Shown here: positions 9,237 through 16,470 of the stretch, in pieces
Layout: each line of letters begins with the position of its first letter
Position numbering within the stretch: position 1 is the first letter of the stretch
From: Candidatus Babelota bacterium
GTDB lineage: Bacteria; Babelota; Babeliae; Babelales; Vermiphilaceae
Direction of reading: 5' to 3'
NCBI GenBank assembly: GCA_039809905.1
Contig: JBDHVY010000001.1
Span: 780,001-812,000 of the forward strand
Length of the DNA stretch: 32,000 nt
Notes under the pieces: model-generated
Seen by the model: the letters and a program-made list of their open reading frames with translations, nothing else
Told to the model about the DNA's origin: nothing
Databases searched by the model: none
Made by a program: the position numbers and the translations under genes

Positions 9237-9270
9237 GGGGTCCCCAATCGGAATATAATAGAGATTGGGG
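9237..9270 (+). promoter_or_regulatory. Conserved hairpin motif, copy 2 (leader of orphan cassette 1)
   Basis: GGGG 9237-9240, T, CCCCAATC 9242-9249, loop ggaatataataga 9250-9262 (contains TATAAT), GATTGGGG 9263-9270. It sits in a ~65-nt block (9217-9282) nearly identical to 10629-10694. Confidence 0.6.
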
Positions 9271-9330
9271 TTATAAAAACTATATCTATCTCCCGAAGAA
9301 TATAAGCAACGCACGGATCAATTCTGTGCA

Positions 9331-10155
9331 ATGATTGAACCATTGCAAGATGTTACAGCTCAACAATGTTTTAACTTTGCATTTCAATTAGCTGCAGATG
9401 TTATTGTTTGGAAAGGTTTTGGGACTGCCTATACATTCCTTAAAGAAATAGACGTGTTAGAAAAGCTTGGCGGATCAGCGGCTGTTGTAGCACGCACATT
9501 CAAAAAAGGTTTTGATACGCATCTTGCAAATAATCCTGTTGTGGTTACTGCTGAGGGCGTTACAATAAAAATCTCTGAAGCCATGCACAATATTAATAGT
9601 AGTGGTGGTGGTAAAAACATTATTAATAGTTCTAAAGCATTACTGGAAAGTGTTTATGCAAAAATTGTTCTTGAATTGGAACCTGAAATAGTTGCAATCA
9701 AAAAAACATACGATCGAGTAAAAGATGGCTTTGCTCAAATTGCTAACAAAATCACAATGGAATATAAACATATTTTAGGTATGGAATTAGATCTCAGTAA
9801 AAAAGGAAAATTAACTATTGGTGGTTTTCACCATGATTTAAAAAATACAATAGAAAAAACGGATATCTTGAGGTTTACCAATAGAGTTTCTTATGAGCAT
9901 GGTTTTTATAAAGCAACATTATTTGATGGGGCAAATTTTGTTAAAGATGTTACATTTTTCCCAGCTGAATGGTCACGTGATACCGTAATTAGTAAAATAT
10001 ATGAAGCTTATGACAATTTTATAAAAAATGGAGCAACAGGGTACATAGAAAAAGGTGGAAAATACATAGTTGATGGATTAATTAGCGAAGGAATTACTAT
10101 TCGTATGTTTATTACTAAAAACGGTCGTATAGTAACCGCTTACCCTAAGCTTTAA
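9331..10155 (+). CDS. Orphan toxin C-terminal cassette (pre-toxin block plus divergent EndoU-like domain), no signal peptide
   Basis: The first ~90 codons are near-identical in DNA to 7887-8155 of the full-length toxin. The sequence then diverges but keeps the EndoU-type motifs (KHILGME, GGFHHDL, FFPAEWS, IVTAYP). An in-frame TAA lies immediately upstream, at the hairpin/homology junction. Confidence 0.7.
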   Translation: MIEPLQDVTAQQCFNFAFQLAADVIVWKGFGTAYTFLKEIDVLEKLGGSAAVVARTFKKGFDTHLANNPVVVTAEGVTIKISEAMHNINSSGGGKNIINSSKALLESVYAKIVLELEPEIVAIKKTYDRVKDGFAQIANKITMEYKHILGMELDLSKKGKLTIGGFHHDLKNTIEKTDILRFTNRVSYEHGFYKATLFDGANFVKDVTFFPAEWSRDTVISKIYEAYDNFIKNGATGYIEKGGKYIVDGLISEGITIRMFITKNGRIVTAYPKL

Positions 10156-10170
10156 ACTTGGAAAATAAAT

Positions 10171-10551
10171 ATGGAATTTGTAAAATTATTATTAAGCGCA
10201 AATCATAAAAGCTATTCTTATATTGATGCATCTGATATCAAAATGGGGATTCTTGGTTTTTTTTTAACAGATGATGTTAGATGTGGTTCTTCACCATTTA
10301 AAGAATGGGCTTTTAATGATAGTTGGGGCGACGAATGTAGTGGTAATATTACGGGATTAGAAAAAGAAGGTAATTACATATTGCTCACTGATTTGTATTC
10401 TGATGAAGAAACCCCAAGTGTGTTAAAAATGACTCGTAAGCAATATGTACAAGTTATAACTGACTGGCAAGAAAAAGTATGCAAATTAAAACCAAAAGAA
10501 GTAATCATCAAATACGAAAATGAAGAATTCGTTATCGAAACAAAAGATTAG
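10171..10551 (+). CDS. Putative cognate immunity protein 2
   Basis: 126-aa ORF 15 nt after the orphan toxin stop. It is a paralog of 8730-9107, with a variable N-terminal half and a conserved C-terminal half. Confidence 0.6.
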   Translation: MEFVKLLLSANHKSYSYIDASDIKMGILGFFLTDDVRCGSSPFKEWAFNDSWGDECSGNITGLEKEGNYILLTDLYSDEETPSVLKMTRKQYVQVITDWQEKVCKLKPKEVIIKYENEEFVIETKD

Positions 10552-10648
10552 TCTAATCTGCAGGGATCGTTTTTAAGAAAATTTGGTTGCTCTATCGAAT
10601 GATATTATTACGGTAATATCATTGATTGAATTAAGAATCTTTTAATTT

Positions 10649-10682
10649 GGGGTCCCCAATCGGCATATAATAGAGATTGGGG
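10649..10682 (+). promoter_or_regulatory. Conserved hairpin motif, copy 3 (leader of truncated orphan stub)
   Basis: GGGG 10649-10652, T, CCCCAATC 10654-10661, loop ggcatataataga 10662-10674, GATTGGGG 10675-10682. One loop base differs from copy 2. Confidence 0.6.
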
Positions 10683-10742
10683 TTATAAAAACAATATCTA
10701 TCTCCCGAAGAATATAAGCAACGCGCTGATACATTCTGTGCA

Positions 10743-11006
10743 ATGATTGAACCGTTGCAAGATGTTACAGCTCAACAATGTTTTAACTTTACATTTCAAT
10801 TGGCTGCAGATGTTGTTGCTTGGAAAGGTCTTGGGACTGCCTATACATTTCTTAAAGAAATAGATGTATTAGAAAAACGTGGTGGATCAGCGGCTGTTGT
10901 AGCACGTACATTGCGCTATATTGAAGAAATATATAATGAACTGGTTTATCCGAGCCATCAAGAGCGTATTGAGATCGCTCAAAAATATTTAACACAAAGA
11001 ATATAA
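10743..11006 (+). pseudogene. Truncated third orphan cassette (pre-toxin block only, no toxin domain and no immunity gene)
   Basis: 87-aa ORF. The first ~57 aa match the pre-toxin block (MIEPLQDVTAQQCFNFTFQLAADV...). Homology stops near 10912, followed by an unrelated 30-aa tail. The stop lies 2 nt from the stop of the convergent gene. Confidence 0.6.
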
Positions 11007-11008
11007 AT

Positions 11009-11674
11009 TTATGGAGTAAATTGTTCCAAGTTATATATTTCTAATTCTTTTTCAATGCGTTCTACTTTTTTTACCATTGTTTCAAAACCTTTTTCACCAA
11101 ATAGTTTATGTTCAAGATCTTCAAATTTTTCTCCCAATTCTTTAAATTCTGTTTCGCTGATAAGAGAGCGTACTTGAGGGAATAAAATGGTATCTTCACG
11201 TGCTTCATGGGGACGATACATTCTGATAAATTTTTGTAATGCATTTTTTATAGATTTTTTAGTCGATTTATCCAGCTTATTTTTTGATGATAGTTTTTGA
11301 AGTTGAGCAGTAATTTCACGTCCTTTATTATGTTGATTTCTTAATGTTTTGATAAGGCGAACTTCTTTTTTTTGTTTTTCAAAAATAGGAAATAGATAAG
11401 TTTCTTCGAGTTTTTCATGATAATCTTCGATAAATGATTTTATGATATTTGCTGTATTAATAAGAGTATCAATTTGAAAATCAATATTGTTTTCAATTCT
11501 TTTAATGATTTCTTCGTAAATTAATAGAACGCGATTTAATACTCCATGTTCACGCATTAAATCTTCGGTTAAGGGAATTTCAAACTCTTCTTTTTTTTTA
11601 TTCATAGATAAATCCTTATCATCAGCAAACATATACTGATTCGTTATAATCATTAATAATAAAAGATATTTCAT
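11009..11674 (-). CDS. Secreted hemerythrin-like (HHE cation-binding) domain protein
   Basis: H/E-bearing helices LMREHGVLNRVLLIYEE, FIEDYHEKLEETYLFP and MYRPHEAREDTILFP. Signal-like MKYLLLLMIITNQYMFA. I prefer ATG at 11674 (AAAGGAA upstream) to the TTG at 11692 used by the ORF track. Confidence 0.7.
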   Translation of the reverse strand: MKYLLLLMIITNQYMFADDKDLSMNKKKEEFEIPLTEDLMREHGVLNRVLLIYEEIIKRIENNIDFQIDTLINTANIIKSFIEDYHEKLEETYLFPIFEKQKKEVRLIKTLRNQHNKGREITAQLQKLSSKNKLDKSTKKSIKNALQKFIRMYRPHEAREDTILFPQVRSLISETEFKELGEKFEDLEHKLFGEKGFETMVKKVERIEKELEIYNLEQFTP

Positions 11675-11727
11675 GTGATTCCTTTGTCTCAAAATTGATA
11701 AAAATTATTGAACCTGATTGTACGTAT

Positions 11728-11777
11728 TATTATGGTTAAAGTTCTATTGTTTTGTTACATTCTTGAAAACAAAAGAT
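11728..11777 (+). repeat. Conserved ~50-bp upstream module, copy A (before the kinase-like gene)
   Basis: TATTATGGTTAAAGTTCTATTGTTTTGTTACATTCTTGAAAACAAAAGAT matches 12854-12902 with about 4 substitutions and 1 indel. A weaker third copy lies at 14040-14107. Confidence 0.6.
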
Positions 11778-11826
11778 ATGCATGTTTTTAATTTTAAGAG
11801 AAGTATGTTTAAAGGAGCTATCTGTT

Positions 11827-12837
11827 ATGAGAATGTATTTTTGGTTTTTTATATTTTTGCATAGTTTTGTAGTCAGTAATATTGTTCAAAAAGATGCTAT
11901 TTTTAATGGATTTAAGCAGTTCTTGGGTGAAGTATATTCATATGAAAGTGAGCAATTGATTGGTGGCTTATCAAAAAATACGCAGTATTTATGGACCGTA
12001 AATAACAAAAAATATGTGGTGCGTGTTTTGGGAGAATCCTTTCCCAAAAGAAAAAATGAAATTAATATACATAGTCTGGCAGCTGCAAATGCAATAGCGC
12101 CAAGGGTTTATTATTATGATGATGCATATTCTTTTATTGTGATGGATTACATTGAAGGGCATACGCTGTTTTTAGAACAAGCAAAAAAAATAGAAGTGCT
12201 GGATTGTATTGTGCAAAAAGTTCGTTCAGTAACACAGCTGGATGCACATGATTTTTTAGATGAAGGTGGATGGAATTTATGTGCTCGCATTAATCAAGAT
12301 TATAATACAATCAAAAATCAGCAGGATGTAAAGCTGAATAGCATGATAGAACAAACATTTAATGCAATGAATAATATCCATCAAAAACTTGAGACTCAAC
12401 AACGGCCCTTAGTTTTTTGCCATAACGATTTAAATTATCGAAATATTTTTTTTACCGAAAAAGATGTGATTTTTATTGATTGGGAAATGGCTGGAATGAA
12501 TTATGAGTTTTATGATTTGGCATATTACTCTGTTTTTTCTTGTTTACATGAAGCAGATGACTATTATTTATTAACCAAATATCTGCAACACATTCCATCA
12601 GCCGATGAGCTTGATTATTTTAAGGATATTAAATTGATGATTAGATGTTGTAATTCCTTTTATGTTCTCGCTTTTTTGGAGCATATTCCTACATCTATTC
12701 CTATGGAATCTATTAAAACTTTTGAATTTTATGCACACGTTTTATGTCGAGATGCAGCGCTTTTTTCCTCTTGTGAGTTTTTATATGCAATTGCTGTAAG
12801 TCAGTTGCAGCAATTTCTTAGCGAATATAGGGCATAA
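11827..12837 (+). CDS. APH/choline-kinase-family phosphotransferase with N-terminal signal-like segment
   Basis: Catalytic loop FCHNDLNYRNIFF (HxDxxxxN) and metal-binding IFIDWEMAG. AAGGAG lies 9 nt upstream of ATG 11827 (the ORF-track start 11782 lacks an RBS). N-terminus is MRMYFWFFIFLHSFVVSN. Confidence 0.7.
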   Translation: MRMYFWFFIFLHSFVVSNIVQKDAIFNGFKQFLGEVYSYESEQLIGGLSKNTQYLWTVNNKKYVVRVLGESFPKRKNEINIHSLAAANAIAPRVYYYDDAYSFIVMDYIEGHTLFLEQAKKIEVLDCIVQKVRSVTQLDAHDFLDEGGWNLCARINQDYNTIKNQQDVKLNSMIEQTFNAMNNIHQKLETQQRPLVFCHNDLNYRNIFFTEKDVIFIDWEMAGMNYEFYDLAYYSVFSCLHEADDYYLLTKYLQHIPSADELDYFKDIKLMIRCCNSFYVLAFLEHIPTSIPMESIKTFEFYAHVLCRDAALFSSCEFLYAIAVSQLQQFLSEYRA

Positions 12838-12853
12838 TTTCTTTTTTTTGCAC

Positions 12854-12902
12854 TATTATGGTTAAAGTTCTGTTGTTTTGCTACATTCTTATAAACAAAG
12901 AT
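12854..12902 (+). repeat. Conserved ~50-bp upstream module, copy B (before WD40-like paralog A)
   Basis: See 11728-11777. It ends 20 nt before ATG 12922. Confidence 0.6.
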
Positions 12903-12921
12903 TTCATAACATAAAGAAAAT

Positions 12922-14034
12922 ATGCACTATAATCAAAGCTTTGCCATAACTATTTGTTTTTTTATCGCAATTACAGAATCTCATGGGATGGAAAATAAGA
13001 ATAAATTTGATCTCCATAAGATAGAAGAAATAACGGCAGTCAAATTTCCACGACGTGTAAAATATGTCTCAAACGATACTATTGCTATTAATAGCTTAAG
13101 CCGCTTTAATATTCTAGATCTAGAAACAAAAGCAACTTTATGCATAGATAAAAGAGATCATAATCGGGAATATGTTAGCTTTCCTATGCTTTATAGCAAT
13201 AATAAAATAATTGTTTCTTCTACTAACGAAAAACTAGTTATTTATGATAAACAAAAAAATGTAACAACATGTTTCATACCAATGCAAAATCCCATTTGGG
13301 GATTAGCTGTGCATCCAAGTAGTAATACGGTATTTTTAGTTTCTCCACAAAGGAAGGTGCTCACAAAATATAACTATGTAACAAACATATCCAAAGATGT
13401 TATTATACTGGGAGAAAGTTTTTCATTGATAGATATTCATCCAAAAAAAGACATTATGTGTATAACTCGTTATTCAGGCAATCTTTCTTTTCATACATTA
13501 GACAACTTGAAGGAACCCTTTAAAACTATTACCTTTGCAAGACCTATTATATATCTTTTTTGCCGATATAGTTTGGATGGATCTCGCATAGTAGCTGGGC
13601 ATAACAAAACAGTATATATCATAGACCCAGATAAAAATGCGTATTGTTCTCTTAAGCCTTTCAAAAATGAACGATTTAATACAGTGGCCTTCCATCCAGA
13701 TGGTTTGACCTTAGCAACCTTAGCCACACGTAAAATATCAAAAACAGATATAAAATCTGTTATACATTATTGGGATTTGCAAACAAAAGAATGTATTTAT
13801 ACAACGTCTGCATTAGGAGATAGCTATGGTCATGATCTTTCTTTTTCCCCAAACGGATTAGAAGTTCTTGTTGCGCTTAATGATAAATGCATAAGAACAT
13901 TGGTTCCTTTTGCAGTGAACAAAAAATGTATAGATCTTTTATTCTGGTTAAATCAACTTAAAGAACAAGAAAAAATACCGCAAGATATTGTAAGATATAG
14001 TATTAATGCTTTTCTGAGATACTTGAGTTTCTAA
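12922..14034 (+). CDS. Secreted WD40-like beta-propeller protein, paralog A
   Basis: Signal-like N-terminus. Repeated propeller-blade patterns: LAVHPSSNTVFL, IDIHPKKDIMCI, CRYSLDGSRIVAG, VAFHPDGLTLATLA...IHYWDL, LSFSPNGLEVLVA. Tandem paralog of 14108-15226. Confidence 0.65.
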   Translation: MHYNQSFAITICFFIAITESHGMENKNKFDLHKIEEITAVKFPRRVKYVSNDTIAINSLSRFNILDLETKATLCIDKRDHNREYVSFPMLYSNNKIIVSSTNEKLVIYDKQKNVTTCFIPMQNPIWGLAVHPSSNTVFLVSPQRKVLTKYNYVTNISKDVIILGESFSLIDIHPKKDIMCITRYSGNLSFHTLDNLKEPFKTITFARPIIYLFCRYSLDGSRIVAGHNKTVYIIDPDKNAYCSLKPFKNERFNTVAFHPDGLTLATLATRKISKTDIKSVIHYWDLQTKECIYTTSALGDSYGHDLSFSPNGLEVLVALNDKCIRTLVPFAVNKKCIDLLFWLNQLKEQEKIPQDIVRYSINAFLRYLSF

Positions 14035-14107
14035 TTTTCTTTATTAGTCAAAGCTACATAGCTCTGCTATATTTTTATAAACAATAACATTAAACATAAA
14101 GAAAAGC

Positions 14108-15226
14108 ATGTCTTACCATAAAAAATTTATCATCAATTTTTGTCTTTTGATTGCAGTAGCACTGTCTTATGGAGCAGAAAATAATAAAAAAAATGATTTT
14201 TATAAGATTCAAGAAATAAAGATAGTTCCTGTTCCACTAGCTATAAAATATATTTCCAATAATACTGTTGCTATTAATAGCGTAAGCTTATTTAGCATTG
14301 TAGATCTAGAAGCAAAAACTATTATGCATATAGACAACAGATATCATAATCGTGAATATCGGAATTTACCTATACTTTATAGCAATGATAAAACAATTTT
14401 TTCGTCTACTAACAAAAAGCTCAGTATTTATGATGAACAAAAAAATGTAAAAACACACTTTATATCAAGAAAAAATAGCATTCAGGGACTAGCTATACAT
14501 CCAAACAGTAATACTGTGTTCTTATGCTGTCCACAAAGAAAAATAATCACAAAATGTAACTATAGAACAAGAATATCCGAAGATGTTATTATACCGGGAG
14601 AAGGTTTCTCATCGATAGATATTCATCCAAAAAAAGGCATTATGTGTATAGCTCGTTCTTCAGGTAATCTTTCTTTTCATCGGTTAAGTAATTTGCAAAA
14701 ATCATTTAAGACTATTACCTTTATAAAACCTATAAACACCATATACTTTTTTTGCCGATATAGTTTAGATGGATCTTGCATAGCAGTTTGGGATAATGAG
14801 ATAGTGCATATCATAGATCCAGATAAAAATACGTATTGTTCTCTCAAGCCTTTCAAAAATGAAATCTTTAATATTATTGCATTCCATCCAGATAGTTTGA
14901 CCTTAGCAACCTTAGCTGCACGGAACCCATTAAAAGCAGATGTAAAAACTGTTATACATTATTGGGATTTGAAAACCAAAGAATGTATTTATACAACGTC
15001 TGAATTAGGAGATGGCTATGCCTGTGATATTTCTTTTTCTCCAGATGGTTTAGAAGTTATTGTTGTGATCAAGAATAAATGCATAAGAACATTGGTTCCT
15101 TTTGCAGTGAACAAAAAATGTATAGATCTTTTATTCTGGTTAAATCAACTTAAAGAACAAGAAAAAATACCGCAAGATATTGTAAGATATAGTATTAATG
15201 CTTTTCTGAGGCATCTACGTTTTTAA
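14108..15226 (+). CDS. Secreted WD40-like beta-propeller protein, paralog B
   Basis: Collinear with paralog A along its whole length. The final 136 nt before the last few codons (15075-15210) are identical to 13883-14018. Confidence 0.65.
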   Translation: MSYHKKFIINFCLLIAVALSYGAENNKKNDFYKIQEIKIVPVPLAIKYISNNTVAINSVSLFSIVDLEAKTIMHIDNRYHNREYRNLPILYSNDKTIFSSTNKKLSIYDEQKNVKTHFISRKNSIQGLAIHPNSNTVFLCCPQRKIITKCNYRTRISEDVIIPGEGFSSIDIHPKKGIMCIARSSGNLSFHRLSNLQKSFKTITFIKPINTIYFFCRYSLDGSCIAVWDNEIVHIIDPDKNTYCSLKPFKNEIFNIIAFHPDSLTLATLAARNPLKADVKTVIHYWDLKTKECIYTTSELGDGYACDISFSPDGLEVIVVIKNKCIRTLVPFAVNKKCIDLLFWLNQLKEQEKIPQDIVRYSINAFLRHLRF

Positions 15227-16386
15227 TATTGATCTGAGAAGTATTTTTTACCTCTAAGTTTCTCAGGCAATAGATCTTCGGTTGTATATTTCTTATAATT
15301 TTTACCGTATCCAAGATCTTTCATCAAAGGCGTTGGTGCATTGCGAATATTTAAAGGAATAGGAAGGTTTCCTAATCGTTTGGCATCAGAGGCAGCGCTC
15401 GTATATGCCTCGTAGGAAGATCTGCTTTTTTTGGCTAAAGATAGGTAGGAAACACCATGAGCTAAGTTAATGGCACATTCGGGGTAACCGATAATTTCAA
15501 CTGATCTGAAAACATCATTTGCAATAGTTAGACCATAGGGATCAGCTAAGCCAATATCTTCTGAGGCAAAAATTACCATACGACGTGCGATAAATTTTGG
15601 ATCTTCACCGGCTTCTACCATTCGTGCTAAATAATATAATGCTGCATCAGGTTGGCTTGCGCGCATTGATTTTATAAAAGCTGAAATAGTATTGTAATGT
15701 TCTTCTGATTTTTTATCATAACGTAAGAATTTATTCTGCAGACTGTTGCGTAGATTTTCAACGGTAATTTTTTTATACAATGCATATGTATTTTCAATCA
15801 TATTCAGTGCTTGGCGTGCATCTCCATTAGCCATTGTAATAATCCAATCCATAGATTCTTGATCTATTTCAATGGCAGTGCGCTGAATAATTTGCTTCAT
15901 CTCATCTGCAGATAATTCTTTTAATACAAATACGCGGCACCGTGAAAGAAGTGCAGGAATAACCTCAAAACTTGGGTTTTCTGTTGTAGCACCAATGAGC
16001 ACTAAATCTCCTGATTCAACGTATGGCAATAAAAAATCTTGTTGTGCTTTATTGAATCGATGAATTTCATCTAAGAATAATACTTTTGTGTGAGTATCGT
16101 CTTTTTTAAGAACAGATTTTATATCTTCTTTTCCCGCTGATACTGCTGAAAATTCATAAAAAGTTGCATCAATAGCTTGGGCATAAATCCGGGCTAAAGA
16201 GGTTTTTCTTACACCGGGAGGTCCCCATAAAATAAAACTAAAAATATGTCTATTTTCAATAGCTATGCGTAAAGGTTTTTCGGGACCGGCAAGATGTTTT
16301 TGACCAATAAATTCATCTAATGAAGCAGGTCTTATTTTTGAAGCAAGAGGTTGATGGGATATGTGATTTTTAGTAGTTTTTACCAT
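15223..16386 (-). CDS. rarA: Replication-associated recombination protein A (RarA/MgsA AAA+ ATPase)
   Basis: [16 protein letters not shown] (P-loop region), Walker [26 protein letters not shown], and the RarA lid [52 protein letters not shown] precedes the ATG at 16386 (the ORF-track start 16422 is likely too long). Confidence 0.9.
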   Translation of the reverse strand: MVKTTKNHISHQPLASKIRPASLDEFIGQKHLAGPEKPLRIAIENRHIFSFILWGPPGVRKTSLARIYAQAIDATFYEFSAVSAGKEDIKSVLKKDDTHTKVLFLDEIHRFNKAQQDFLLPYVESGDLVLIGATTENPSFEVIPALLSRCRVFVLKELSADEMKQIIQRTAIEIDQESMDWIITMANGDARQALNMIENTYALYKKITVENLRNSLQNKFLRYDKKSEEHYNTISAFIKSMRASQPDAALYYLARMVEAGEDPKFIARRMVIFASEDIGLADPYGLTIANDVFRSVEIIGYPECAINLAHGVSYLSLAKKSRSSYEAYTSAASDAKRLGNLPIPLNIRNAPTPLMKDLGYGKNYKKYTTEDLLPEKLRGKKYFSDQY

Positions 16387-16470
16387 AATAAATCTCCTTA
16401 AATTTATAATAACAAAAATCATTAATTTGTCAATTTAATTAATTACAAAAGGGGTTAATTTTCCGTAAGC

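Noticed and set aside
9217-10694. Integron-like reading: palindromic elements between promoterless cassettes as attC sites
   Set aside because: There is no integrase or attI in the window. The stem is only 8 bp. The GTTRRRY core fits only one of the four copies (GTTAAAT at 24001), and the same motif also occurs before non-cassette genes such as gnd.
13900-14034. Resemblance of the conserved WD40-paralog tail (IPQDIVRYSINAFL; KKCIDLL...) to F-box or SOCS-box helices, which would give a eukaryote-like E3 adaptor architecture
   Set aside because: Only a loose, offset match to LPxEIL..I..L or to the BC-box/Cul-box consensus. The segment is too short for a full F-box or SOCS box, and F-boxes are normally N-terminal to WD40. 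It cannot be supported without a profile search.
16448-16462. AAAGGGGTTAATTTT resembling the 3' half of the hairpin motif
   Set aside because: No complementary CCCC arm lies upstream, so no hairpin can form. It is probably chance, or a fragment too degraded to call.
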